Assembly (NCBI GenBank): GCA_965140705.1 | Contig: OZ223302.1 | Coordinates: forward strand, 64,001 to 128,000 | Direction of reading: 5' to 3' | DNA length: 64,000 nt | Source of the DNA: an uncultured Arcobacter sp. | GTDB taxonomy: Bacteria; Campylobacterota; Campylobacteria; Campylobacterales; Arcobacteraceae | Shown: positions 39,101 to 52,657 of the stretch, one piece after another | Layout of the letters: each line of letters begins with the position of its first letter | How positions within the stretch are numbered: position 1 is the stretch's first letter | Notes under the pieces: model-generated | The model's input: only the letters and a program-made list of their open reading frames with translations | What the model was told of the DNA's origin: nothing | The model's database searches: none | Program-made: the position numbers and the translations under genes

Positions 39101-42100
39101 TATTTAATATTAAGGATTATTAAATTAAATAAATGAATACAAGTAACATGCAAAATAAAATGAAGAATAATAACTTCTAAGCTAACAAAAATGGCTTTAA
39201 GAATTAAAAATTAAATAGGAAGAAATATAATCTTTTAATAAAAAAATTATTGAAATTAAAAATAAGGAAATAGAAATAAAAAATTATATAAATTAATTTT
39301 AGTAAACTAGGGAGAGTTTAGAAGAAAAGATAAAATAAACTTAATAAGAAAACTTTTCATTAAAATCTGAAATTCAGTTAGCAAAAAAATCATTAATTAA
39401 AGAATTTAATGTGTAAAAAGAAGAAAACTATATTAAATATTAATAAATAGTTAATAATTCAAAAATCTTAAAATAAGATAATTTAAATTGTTAGGATAAA
39501 ATTTCCAATTTTATTAATGAAAGCTAAATTTTAAAATAAAATAATGAGGAGTTAAAACTTAAACTCAGGAATTCTTTGGAAGAAATTGAAAAAATGCATT
39601 TATAAAAACAATTTTATGCTTAAAAAGTCAGAGAATTTATAGATTACTCCAATAAATTAAATAACTAAATTTTATAAATTAACAATTAGTGTAAATAATT
39701 ATAAGCTGATAAATTATTTGTGAAGATTTAAGATAATTAATAAAATGACATTAATTTAATATTGCAGAATACCCTTAATAATTTATAGGCAATAAAATAA
39801 ATTAGTATTTAGCAGGCTAAATCTCTTGAAAGTAGTAAGCAAAATAATGTTTTGATTGACAAAAAATATTAAATGATTTCTTAAGTGTTTACAGAAATTA
39901 TAAAATAGCATACAATGTCTTAATAAGTTTTAATAAATAATGTGAAAAAACAAAATAAATAAAAAACAAATTATTTAAATAGATTAAGAAGAGAAAATAA
40001 AAATAAAAAACTAGAGATTGAAAAGTTGCTTAAATTCATTGAAACTTTATAGCAAAAAGGAAATTACTCTTCTGAAACGAATCATTAATTATAAAATTAA
40101 ATAATGGAATTGCAAAGAAAATATGAAACAGAAAAATAAATTTCAATTGAAAAATTAGAAGATTTGAAAGATCAACTTAATTAATATTAAACACTTAGCA
40201 AAGAACTTAATTATTAATTAGAAAATTCATAAAATGAAACTTAAAATCTATAATTAGAGAAAAAATAGCTACTAAATTAAGAAAATGAATTAAAAGAATC
40301 TCTATTGATAACTAATTCAGAATTAACAAAGTTATAAAAGATTAGCAGTGAAAATAATATTTAGCATTAATAGGAAATTAATGATTATGAAACGTAAGTA
40401 AAGAATTTATCAATTAAATTTGGAAAATAAGAAGAAGAAAAGCAAGAACTTTAAAATTAAATTGCATAATTAAATAAGATTGCAAAAGAATAAATAAATA
40501 ATATTTAAAAAAACAATCAATTATTGACAGAATAAATATAAAAGTATAAGCTTTTCAAAACAAAGATTGAATCAAAAATTAGTTAGTTTTGTGAAAAATA
40601 AAATAGCTTGAATAAATAAATTTATGAAATAAATAATAAAAACAAAAAATTATAAAATGGAATAGCATCGATTGCAATCAATTAATTCTAATAAAAATCA
40701 AATTCCTTACAATTGTAAAATATAATTAATAATGTAAATTCTTTGAAATAAAAAAATAGAGCATTTTATGATTAACTATTAATAAATAAATAATAAAATT
40801 TGCATTTAGAAGAAACAATTTAATAATTTTAAAATGCTTTTGCATTAGTTAAAAATGAGCATATTTAGTCTTAGTAAATATTATTGAATCAAACAGAAAA
40901 TGTCTATAAATAAAAAAATCAGCATTTAGATTGGCTTAAAAATAAATATACAAAATTATTAATAAGTCATTAAATTCTATAAAAAAATGCAAAAAATTCT
41001 GAATAAATTAGTGAAAAAATTTAAAATGAAAGGTAGTTATTACAAAATAAATATGATGAGGAAAAGGAAGAATTTATAAAAATAAAATAAATATTTTTAG
41101 ATGAATAAGAAGAATAAAAAGATCAAATTGACCACTATTAAAAATTAACTAAAGAATTAAATTTATAATTAAGTTAATATTCAGGTGAATTGATAAATCA
41201 TAAATAATAAGAATAAGATAAATAAATTGACTTTACATAACAATTACAAAAAGCTGAGGCAAACTTGAAAAATGTTTAAAAATAAAAAGACGAAGAATAA
41301 ATTTAATATTAAAAGTAAATAAGTTATTATTAAAAAACAGCTGAAGATTTAACAAATAAATTTACTGAATAAGAAGAGATAAAAAATGCTCTAAATAAAT
41401 AAATAACTGAATTAAAAATTGAAATTAAAGAAGTTAAGAATACTTATTAAGAAACAATGGAGAATTTTCTCGAAGAAATTGAAGAATTAAGAAAAATTAA
41501 ATAAGATTAAGAAAAAACTCTTATAATTTATGAATAAAAAGCAAATGAAGGAGATTAAAAAGAAAAATAATTAAAAGAATAAATTGAACTTAATGAAAAT
41601 TTATAAAATAGTATTGAAATATTAATGCAAGGTCAAAAAGAAATGCAATAAAAAATTGAGAAAAAAAAAGAAGAAATTAAAACTTCAGAAAAATAGATCG
41701 CTATTATCAGCGATAAAGAAGAAAAAATGGGATATTTAATAAATGAATTAGAGTAACGTGAAACATCTTTATTAAAAAGTACTGAAAACTTATAAAAATA
41801 AAATGCTTAATTGCAAAGCTAATTAAATTTAAAAGAAGAAGAAATAACGAAATTATGCTAAATAAAAAAGTAATTAGAATAAAAATTAACAGAATAAATG
41901 AATAGTGAACAAAATTTATAAGCTTAATTAATATAAAATAAAAATTCGATGTATTAACTTGAGACTAATTAAAAATAATATATCCTTGAGAAATAAGAAC
42001 TTGAAGAAAAAATCAATGATTAAGATTATTAAATACAATAATAAAAAAATTAAATTAATGATAATAATAGATTAATTAATAAATTAAAATAGCAGCTTAA

Positions 42101-44464
42101 ATCATTAGAAGCTGACTATTTATAAATAGAAAAGGAAAACTAAGAAGCTCGGCTTAAAATTGAGCAACTGAAAGATGAAAATGATGAATTAAGTGATTAA
42201 ATAAAAGAAGCAAAAAATTAAATAAATTCAATGACAACTATGAACAATAAATTGAAAAATTAATTAATTGAAGAAGAGAGATAACATTTCCAGGATAATT
42301 AAAAGAATTCAAATTTAGTGACATAAATTGTTTAAAAGTAATCTTAATTAACAATTTCTGAGCAATCAATAGAAAAAATATAAACAAATTTAATTTAATC
42401 TTAAGAATAAAAAAATTCACTTGAATAATAATTGAATGAAGAACGTTAGAGCCGAAAAAAATATGAAAACGAATTAAAACAATGTTAATAAAGGGAATAA
42501 AATCTGAATTCAAAGAATTAACAATTTGAAAAAATCTTTGAAGAAAAATATTCAAATGAATCAAAAATTAATGATGTTATTAACGAATACACTAAATAAA
42601 ATGAACAAATGAAAAGCGAAATTAGTCAATTAAATGAACAAATTGTTAAATTAGAAGAAGAAAAATTTTAGATACTAAATTAAAAAAATAATATTGAAAA
42701 AATTGCAAATAATAGTATTGCAAATGGAAATAATAAAATTTTAGAACTTAAAAATGAAGTTTAACACTCTTTAAAAGAGCAAGAAAATTTAATTTCGTTA
42801 ATCTAGGAATTATAAGAATCATCAACAAATTATGCTAATGAATTTAATTAATTATCTGTTACATTTCAAGCATTTACTAAACAATATTAACTATTTAAAG
42901 AAGAAAACTAAACTATTTCGAAAGAATTAAAAAAAGTGTAATTAACAATTGAAAATCTTTCTAAAGGAATATTGTAGTAAATGTAACGTTCAAAATAAGA
43001 TTTATCAAAATATAAAACAGCTTGTTAAAATTATGAATTAAATGAAGAAAAGAAGAAGAAAATAATAAAGGATCTAATGATGGAAAAGAATGAACTAATG
43101 TCCAAAGGAAAGGATATTATGAAAAAAAAGTAAATAGAAATAGATAATTTAAAATAAGAATTAGAAAAAACTAAAAATGAGTTCTCTACTTTAAACTAAA
43201 CTGTTAATGAGAATACAGAAGAATTTGTTTAATAAAAGGAATTATTTAATAAAATGTTGTAAGAAAAATCTTAAAATGAATAAAGTATTCAAAAATTAGA
43301 AGAAATGTTAAAAATATTGAAATAATAATTACAGAAAAAAGGAGAAGAATATTAAAGTCTTTGGAGAGAAAACAATGAGAATAAACTAAAATATGATGAA
43401 ATTTCTTTCGAATTAGAAGAAATGTAAAAAATTAAAGATAATTCTGAGTAAATCCAGTTATTAGAGGCAGAATTAAGAAAAAAAGAGGATGAATTAAAGA
43501 ATGAATAAAGAGAAAGGGAACAATTAAAGGATGAAAAGGATTATTTAAAAGAATAAGTAGATATATTTAGATAAGAGGTTGAGGAGATTTAAAAAAATGA
43601 AGAAAAAAAAGCAATCAGATTGCAAATTATAAAAGAAATGCCTGAAAAATAAGAGGATATGGAAGACTTAATAGAAAAATTAAGTTCTATTCATGAGGAT
43701 TAATTAGAATCTTTTATTGATGAGGTATTATTAGAAATTCAATTATTATTGTATTTATACTAAGTCTGGGGAAGGAAACAAATAAATTGAAGAATAAAAA
43801 AATAAAGAAGAAGAAATAAAAAAGGAAGAAACTCAATAAGAACTATTAAAACTAGAAGAATAAAAATCAGTAATATAATTATAATCAAATTGTATTTATT
43901 TATATAGGAATTATAAAATACAATAAGAAGATTATAAGGTGAAAATATTAGTCTTAAAAAGACTATGGAACATTCATTATCAATAGCAACACCAAGTTAA
44001 CTTGAAATGCAAAGTTAAATTTAAATATAATAAAAGGAACTTAATGAGATTTAAGAAGATTAATAAATAAATGAACAAAAATTTATTAATAAGGTTTATC
44101 TTAATTAAAATAATTTTATTTTTAGATTAAATTGCTCTAAAATGATAAAATAAAATTAGTCAATGAATTTGATAGGTTGATGAAAGAAAAGAAAGAAATT
44201 GAAAATAAGTTAAAATGTTCATCATCGTTTCATGAAAAAGAAGCTATTAAAAAAATGATTGTCCAATTTTTTTAATTATAAGCATAAGGGTTATTTTATT
44301 TATTTTAAAAGAAAATTATTTTATTATCAAGAAATAAGGAATCTGAAAATATAGTAAAAATTATGTCAAAATAATTAGAATTTAGCCCAAAAGAAATTAG
44401 CATGCTTCTTGAATGCTATACAAAGATGAATCCAAAGAAAAATTTTTTAGGAATTTTTAAATGA
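30198..44464 (+). CDS. Giant coiled-coil protein (roughly 4,500 aa), golgin-like with GRIP/GRAB-like C-terminus
   Basis: ATG 30198; ~14 kb of E/Q/K/N/L-rich coding sequence under TAR=Gln with few short introns; C-terminus KEAIKKMIVQFF...IVKIMSKQLEFSPKEISML...KKNFLGIFK-TGA at 44462-44464. A single continuous gene and the golgin call are both inferred. Confidence 0.65.
31152..31288 (+). repeat. In-frame tandem repeat, 78-bp period
   Basis: AATTTATAAGAAGAGTTAGAAAAAGAAAAAAAGAAAAATAATTAATTAATTAATTAGAT at 31152 and 31230. Confidence 0.9.
36900..41172 (+). repeat. Intragenic tandem duplication (~2.3-2.4 kb period)
   Basis: 37381-38772 is near-identical to 39781-41172 (offset 2400); 36921-37375 matches 39192-39646 (offset 2271); the 129-bp offset difference is an in-frame indel. 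Confidence 0.95.
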
Positions 44465-44652
44465 AAAAAGACTATTTATTTAAAAATAATAATTAATGAT
44501 GAAATTACTATTAAATTAATATAATTTTAAAATACTTCTTTAATTTCTATAATTTTTAATATAATTGTAAAAATAAGAAATTTGAGTATTTTCCAAAATA
44601 ATAAATTTTTATTTAATTAAGATTGATTGATCATAATGATTGTTTTCTAAAA

Positions 44653-46516
44653 TCACAAAATATTTTTGATTTCTTACTACTGACTATTGACTTCTTTTTT
44701 ATTAAAATTTTAATAAATCTTAATAAATTCATCTAAAACTTCATTGCGATAAACTGCTTCAATTTTTCCATCCTCACTGCCACATTTAACACAAAATTTA
44801 GAAAATTTTGATTTGCAATTATAACAAAATGAATGTCCACACGGTATGCATGTCACAGGATTTTTCATCATCTTCCCACAGGAATCACAATTAAGTTTTT
44901 CTTAGAGCAATTTCTAAAAATAAATAGAAAAATTAATTTTTATTTAAACTAAAGATTTGGAAAAATTATCTATTTTTTGTAAATTGTACTACTTTATTTT
45001 TTATTCCTAAAATTTTATTATTTTTTTATATTCGTCTAGTTATTCTTAAAGATTTAGTTGCTCAGGCTCTTACTCAGTAGGCTTTTTTAAGGTGAATTTT
45101 TTATATTTAGCTTTTTTGCCCTTTGTTTGTTCATTATTATTATTATTATTAGTAGGAGAAGAATCTTTTAACTTTGGCGCTAACTGCTCTTCTAATTTTG
45201 TTAATTGATTTTGAAATTATTCATTTTAATTATTTTATACAATTAATTATAATTCTTATTTTTCTATTGTTTCTTATTTTTCAGTGAGTGATTATTCAAG
45301 TTTTTCTACATCAGTAATAAGTTTTTCTATTAATTTATCTTTTTATTTATTTTCATTTTACAAAAATTTTAGTTATGATATTCGAATATATAAATCTTTA
45401 TTTTTTCTCTTTGTAAACATTATAAATAAAATAAATAGTAATAATAATAAACATCTTTTTCCATACATAATTTTTCTAAATATAAGATTTTTTATTCTTA
45501 TTGAGTGTTTTTTTAAATTAACCCTTAAAATTTATTTGTAACAACTTCAAATTTTTTTTCTAATTTCATAAATTCGTTAGAATAAAAATCAGAATTCTAT
45601 TAATTTTAATACAAAAAAAACTAATAAAAATTATAACATCATTTTAATGTTTAAGCTTAGTCATTAATTCGGAATGTTTATCATTTTATTTACCTGTCAG
45701 TGCTATTTAATTATCTCTTTCTGCTTATAATTACTATCTAACATTTTTAATTTCCTCTCTTAAATATTTAATTTCATCATATAAATCTTTCTTTCCCTCA
45801 TTCATACCCTCAATTAACCTTCGACAATCATCTAATTCCTTTGTCTAAGCAAAGTATTCAGAGATTCTATTTTTCAATTTTTCAATTGTTTTTTATTACT
45901 TATTAATTAATTATTGTTAATCTTAAGTTTCCATTGTTTCTGTTGATGAATCTTTCATTTCTTTTGGAATTTGAGTTAATATATTATTATTAGAATTATT
46001 ATTAGTATTATTTTAATTCTTTATATTTTCAGTTTTTTTGGCTGCGTTTGGCATTTGAATTAATTATTAAATTAATTAATTGACTCTAATAAGCTAAGAA
46101 TTTTAAATTGTAATAATAGCTTATGCACTAAATAATTCTTATTGAATTTTATTTCTTTATTCAATAATTGCTTTGCAAAACCCAAATAAGCTTTAAAACA
46201 CTTATTTAATCATAATAATGTTTTCAAGTAATTCAGGAAGATTTTCTTTTCCAAATATTATAAGATCTTTATCCTAATTTTCTAATAATAGTGGATAAGG
46301 CTTTTAATTTTTAGTTTCAACACCATCATATTATAATGCTTATAATTTTGGAATTTTTAAACCTAAAATTTTTTATGAAGATTTCTTAATATTTAATGTG
46401 GTTAAATTTTAAAGTTTTTGGCTTGGCAAACTAGAATGATTATCAACAATTAAACTATGTGGAGAATAACTTTCAAAAAATTTTTATTTTCCTTTATTTT
46501 ATGCGATTTTATTCAT
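44653..46516 (-). CDS. Coiled-coil protein with C-terminal C3HC4 RING finger (putative E3 ligase)
   Basis: Last exon LNCDSCGKMMKNPVTCIPCGHSFCYNCKSKFSKFCVKC...YRNEVLDEF...KNIL-TGA (44655-44653); ATG at 46516. Confidence 0.8.
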
Positions 46517-46779
46517 TTATAATTTAATTAAAATAATGTTTAATTATTAAGAGTTTTATTATAATTTTGCAAAAATTTTCTGTTTTTATGAACAATTTTT
46601 TTAATTATTTATAAAGTTTTTGGCTAAATAAGTATAGTTAAATTTCTTAGTTGCCGACTATATATATTTTTGAATTGGAAATAAGAATAAATTAAAATTT
46701 TAATATAAATTAGTTTGATAAAAATAAAATTATTAATTTTTTTTTTATTTGAAACGATTAATTTTTCATAAATGGTATT

Positions 46780-47440
46780 TTATTAACTGTAGATTTATTA
46801 GATACATTATTTCTTTAGCCAGATGAAAAAACTAAGACTTATAGTTGCAAAATATTTCAACGAAGAACTGCTTTTTGTTCATTTTAAGTTAATGAAAACA
46901 TATGATGATATTTTGAAGATAATATAAATTTTTTTTTTCAGTTAAAATCAAATTAATAAATAATTTTTATATAAACCATTTTTTATTAAGAACATATTTT
47001 CATTATTTTGATTTAAAATCATTTAAACTCATTTTTGTACGTTAGTTAGTTTCGATTAAACAAGAAGAATGTCTATGCAAGCAATTTTGGTTTTCTGTAA
47101 TTTCTGGCTGCTCCTCTTAAGATTACTTTGCATTTTCTAATAAAAAAATTAAAAAAATTCTTAAAAACCGAGATTTTAGTTAGCTTAATTGCGTGATTGA
47201 TTAAAACCTAAATATGATTATAATATTCCCATGCTTTAATTGTATTTTAAATATGTTAGTTCCTATACAATTATAAAATACTTTAAATCATTAAATTTTT
47301 GTTAATACTTTACTGTAAATGGTTTGTATTTTTTGAACTTGTGTATGTCTGTGAGACCTATTTTATATAATTTTTGTAAATAAAATTTTAATTAAAAGAT
47401 TAAAAATTGTAAAAGACCTATTTTATTTAAAAGAGGCTTT
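46780..47440 (-). CDS. Possible small multi-exon hypothetical gene
   Basis: Exon-like stretches (e.g. NAKQSQEEQPEITENQNCLHRHSSCLIETNQRTK) flanked by AG/GT; ends not resolved. Confidence 0.3.
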
Positions 47441-47754
47441 AAATATATATATATATATATTATTTTTTTAATTTTAAATACAAATAATTAATAATTACTA
47501 AAAAATTGCTAAATTTTAAAATATAATATAAAAATAAAAATGGAAGTTAATATTGCCTATGCTTATTATTTAAGCAAAATGCAAACAATTTTAATGCTTA
47601 AATTTTACAGTTAAATTAAAAATTTTAAAATAAAATTATTAATAAAATTTTTAAATATTAATAAAAATAATTTAAAAAATAATAAATACAGCAATTAGCA
47701 AATAGCAAGCATAATTATTTTTTTTAATAAAAAAAAGTTTAAATAAAAATTAAA

Positions 47755-49887
47755 ATGGCTGATTAAGAGCTTAAATAGCAAGATGAAATGAATAAAAGCT
47801 AAATGAAAGAAGAAGGAGAAAAAGCAGTACGACATAGTAGCCGCTCGAAACTCAAGGCAGACTTTCCTTGGAAAAAGTTTAATTCCCAATCAATTTAAAT
47901 TAAATATTTTATTATTATCTAAGAGTGATAGTAAGAGAAGAAAGCAAGTATGAAAGAGATGATGAAGAATTTCGAATAGTAGGTGGTAGTGGTCAAAAGA
48001 AAAAAAAATCCGAAAAAAGAAAAGAAACAATGCTAATTAAACATGAGTAATAATAAAAAGAAGATAAAGCGCGGGAAGATTTTTTTGCCTTAGTTAATAA
48101 AATTCATGAAGAAAATTCTACAATAGATAGCTTGAAGGATACAATACATTAATTGAATAATAATTCAGATACTATGGAACATGTTATTAGGTTATCACAT
48201 ATTTTGGATTAAAATCTTAATGGAAACGAAATTTCCGAGATTATTAATAATGAAGCAATAAAATAGTTAATGAATACTCTTGCTTTTCCTTTAATAAATA
48301 AAGTTGCATTTCGCTGTATTGGAAAAATTGCTGCACTGAAATAAATAAAAACTAGTGTTTTATTAGCTGAATTTGGACTATTTTGAATAGTTAATCTTAT
48401 AAAAAACTAAATAATGATTCCTTATCATGATGAGGTCATAGAAATACTGAATTAATTATTAAGTACATTGGAGGGCTAAAACCTTGAAAAATTAAGCAAT
48501 GATATTTTGAATTGCCTAGAATTAATGGAAATTATAATAACCTTTGCTTACAGCACATTAAAAAAAATATAATAGCTCTAAGATAAATCTGAGGAATTAG
48601 CACGAAAGAGAAAAAGAGGTAGAAAACCAAAAAAGGGACCAAAATAAATTAATAAGATTTCTGATGATATTAAAGGAGAAGCCTTACTTGCAATTCTAAA
48701 ATCTATGGATCCACGAATAATTAAAGAACATGCTTTATAGATTTTAATTAAAATTGAACCAAAGGATCTAATTAATTAAAAGTATGCTTTAAAATTTGGG
48801 ATGCTTATAGTTAATTAACATTTCAATTTGGTTAAAATGAATAATGGCGAGGAAGTTGAAATTTCAGCTTGTCAGCTATTTATTAGATGTCTTTCTTATA
48901 TTTAAGATATTCTCTGTATATTTATACAAATTTTTATTTTTTATTAGTAAGAAATTATTAAGAGGATATTAATATTATTCAAAAAAATTATTGCTTTTAA
49001 TATTCACTGATTGAAATTTTAAAAGTAAAATAATGACCTTTAGATATTTAAAAATAATTTGCAGTTTATTGTATAGCTATCATTAAATTTTTTTTTGATT
49101 AGAATGTAGACAATGCTATTGAAGTTATAGGCATATTTTATTTAGTTTATGTAGGCTTTAAATCACGCAAATAAAAATTGGTATTAAAAAGTCCTAAGAT
49201 AAATATTTTGGCCGATCAAAGGAGAAGTATAAATTTAAATAAATTTTTCAAATAATAGACTTCTGCAGAAAAGGAATAAATGCTAATAAATATCCTTGAT
49301 ATTTCAATAAAAGTTTCTTAAAGCATTAATTCTCATAATGAAGTGATTCTTCTTTAATGGGAGCATTTTTAAAATTTTGAATAAAAAGCTAAAGAAAATT
49401 AACTTTCATTATAAGTAATTGGCAAGCCATCTATACCTCAATTAATTGATTGTTATTTACCCTAAGTCTTTTATTAAAATTAATTTTAATCTCTAAAAAT
49501 TAGATTAATGAATAAGTATTAACTCTTGTAAGAAATGCTTTAAATCTAGCACCTTCATTAAGTTAATTAGCAGCTATATTTAGTGATTTACCAACAGTGC
49601 TTCTTAATAAATTGTTTTATTTTAATGATTAACCAAAATCCTTTGAATTAATTGTTGAGTCACTAATAAAACTCATCTGTGATTTAAAAATTGAATTAAA
49701 TAATAAAGCTTCACTTTTAGATAAAGCTAAGTAACTTCATTGTTTGCTCAATAGATTAGCTAATTTCAAATATGTGCATTTAATGAAGATGTGTGTAATT
49801 TTTGATTCTTTAGATTGTGGTAAATATAAGTATCCAGGATTTGTTGCTTTGAATGTTATTTAATAATATTAAGAAATTAATTTTTGA
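47755..49887 (+). CDS. Hypothetical helical protein with AT-hook/NLS-like motif
   Basis: MADQELKQQDEMNK...; RKRKRGRKPKK at ~48603-48635; short introns; probable end QEINF-TGA at 49885-49887. Confidence 0.55.
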
Positions 49888-50458
49888 AAAAATTTGTTTT
49901 ATCTCAATAAATAAATTAAAAACTTTATATTTTCACTTTTTTAAAAAAAAATGTCAAATTTTATAATAAAATTTAAAATTGCCTGAAACTATAGTTGCTT
50001 TTATTCTTGAATGGCAAAATAAAATTCAAATAAATGAGCAAACTATTATTTCTTTAATTGTTAGTTCTGATCATAAAAAATTTTAAATAAAAACTATTGT
50101 ATTATATATTTTTTTTAGAAATTTATGAAAACAATAAAACTTTGTAAAGATATTGAAGTGATGAAAAATTATTAAAATTAATAGAAAATAAATAAATAAA
50201 GAGAATTTTAATTTCTTTATTAAAAATCAAATCTATATTTGAATATTTAGTGATTTTTAAATATTCTAATAAATTAAAAAATTTATTTAATCTACCTTAA
50301 ATATTTTAAAAATATTAATTGATAAAAATTATAATAAATTTTTTTCTGGCTAATAATTTGCCAAATTTAACTCAAAAAATACAATTTTGAGTTAATTTTG
50401 GTAATATCTTTCAAAAAATGAAATAAAAATAATAAAAAAATAAAATATTTACAAAACA

Positions 50459-51341
50459 ATGAAAAAAGAGATTAAAAGAAGCTCACATATTAATTTTTGG
50501 ACGCTAAAAGAGGACTAAAAATTAATAGAAAAAGTGATTGAATATAAAGCCAAAAATTGGAAGGTCATATCATCTTGCTTAGTAAATCGATCAGCACTAT
50601 CTTGTTCCTTACGTTGGCCAAAAATCAAAGGAGAATAACAAATAAATGTTGAGGCAAAATTCACAAAATAATAGGATGAACTCTTATTAGAGTTGGTAAA
50701 TAAGTATGGTTAATTGAACTTTATTTGATTGTATTATTATTATTTTTTATAAGGTTAAAAATGGAAATTGCTGGAATAATTCTTTGAAAATAAGTCAAAT
50801 AAATAGATTAGAGAGAGATATCTCAATAAAATAAGGTATTGGCTTATAACTATTTTTTTTGTTTTGTTTTTTTTGTTTTTTTTTGAAATCAAACTATTGT
50901 CAATTTATATTTTTGATTAGAAAGTTTTTATAATTTTTTAATTTTAATTTTTTTTAATTTAATTTTTTTCTTTAAGGCCTGGAATAAACACAAAAAAATT
51001 CAGTGACGAAGAAGATTAGCAATTGAATCAGTTATCACATTAATATGGTAAACATTGAAGTTTCATTGGAAAATTAATGAATCGCAGTGAAAATAGCATT
51101 AAAAATAGATTTTATTCCTGCATTGCTAAATAAGATTTGGAAACTTAAATTTAATTAATTGAAGTAAAGTAATAATAAGAAAATTTAGCATCATAGGAAA
51201 TTAAAGAGTAATAATTTTATAATTTTTTAATTTTGTTTCAGATAAATAGAAAAAAAAATTAATTAATAATCTTAATTTATTAATCCTGATCACTTTTTTT
51301 CAGATTATTAAGATTAAGCACATTCTATTAATATAAAGTGA
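50459..51341 (+). CDS. Three-repeat Myb, copy 2 (tandem cluster)
   Basis: FWTLKEDQKLIEKVIEYKAKNWK...RW; FTKQQDELL...KW; FSDEEDQQL...YGKH[TGA]SFIGKLMNRSENSIKNRFY; 3' end approximate. Confidence 0.8.
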
Positions 51342-51448
51342 AACATCTTATAAATTAAACAATTTCAATTTGTTATTAAAAATTAAAAAAATTTTTTTTG
51401 ATTTTAATTAAGTAATATAATATTTTTGAAAATTAAATAAGATAAATA

Positions 51449-51894
51449 TTGCTTAGTAAATCGATCACCACTATCTTGCTCTTTCGTTGATCGAAAATCA
51501 GAGTAGAATAACATCAAAATATTCAGATCAAATTCACAAAACAATAGGATTAACTCTTATTAGAGTTGGTGAAGCAGTATGGTTCATTGCTTGATTGTAT
51601 TATTATTTTTTTAAGGTTAAAAATGGAAATTCTTGCAGTAATTCTTTGAAAATAAGTCAAATAAATAGATTAGAGAGAGATATCTCAAGAAAATAAGGTA
51701 TTAGCTTATAACTATTATTTGCTTTTTTTTTTTTTTTTTTTTTGAAATCAAATAGTTTAATGTTTATATTTTTTTTTGAAAATCAAATTGCTTCTTTTGT
51801 ATTTATATTTTTGATTAGAAAGTTTTTATAATTTTTAAATTTTTAAATTTTAATTTTGTTAAATTTAATTTTTTTCTTTAAGGCCTGGAATAAA
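51449..51894 (+). pseudogene. Truncated Myb copy 3 (end of R1, R2 and two introns only)
   Basis: Similarity begins mid-R1 (CLVNRSPLSCSFR[TGA]SKI) and stops after RPGIN; no start codon, no R3. Confidence 0.75.
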
Positions 51895-52269
51895 TCGAAT
51901 ACGACTATTATTGCTTTAATTGTTTTGTCATATAAACTATTTTTTTTAGAGATTTATCGTCTATAGAAAAATAATTGTAATAATTATATAAACTACTGCA
52001 CTTTCGGGTTTTATTTATCTAACTGAATAATATTTTTTTCAGGTACAAATGCCCATTTAAATCGCTCCCATTCAAACTCCTAATGGTTTATAAATCAAAT
52101 ACAACTTCTTAAATATTTAATTGTAAAATTTGATGTCTGCTATATTATATTACACTATGATTTTTTTTGTTGTGATAATCAAGAAGCACAATAAAACACT
52201 CTTTTTAAATTTTAAATATATAATGGATAAATATTTCAATTTAAAAAAAATTTGTTTATATAAGCTTTA

Positions 52270-52510
52270 ATTGGCTAAAAAGTCTTAAGATAATGTTTTT
52301 TGCCGATTAAAGGAGAAATATAAATTTAAATACTTTTTCAAAGTCATTCTTCTTTAATAAAAGTTTTTTTCACAATTATAAATAAAACTAAAGAAAATTT
52401 ACTTTTTTTTTTTTTTAAAAAAAATTTATGTGAATGAATCAGTATTTACTCATGCACATTTATTAAGTTAATTAAGATGTGTGTTAGGTTTTATTGCTTT
52501 GAATTTTATT
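52270..52510 (+). pseudogene. Decayed copy of the 3' part of the 47755-49887 gene
   Basis: AAAAAGTCTTAAGATAATGTTTTTTGCCGATTAAAGGAGAAATATAAATTTAAATA (~52277) resembles ~49186-49240; further blocks resemble ~49505 and ~49786, with large deletions between them. Confidence 0.6.
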
Positions 52511-52657
52511 TAATATAAAAATTTTGTTTATTAAAAATAATTTATATAATAAAATTTTTTTAATGTTTGTAAATATCTTTAGAAAAAAATTATGTAACAA
52601 TTACTCAAATTTCTGAATAATTGAAAAATTAAAAAAAAATAAACTCTTTTAAAGAAA

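Noticed and set aside
31152..41172. CRISPR array or satellite
   Set aside because: Repeat periods are multiples of three within coding sequence; no repeat-spacer structure
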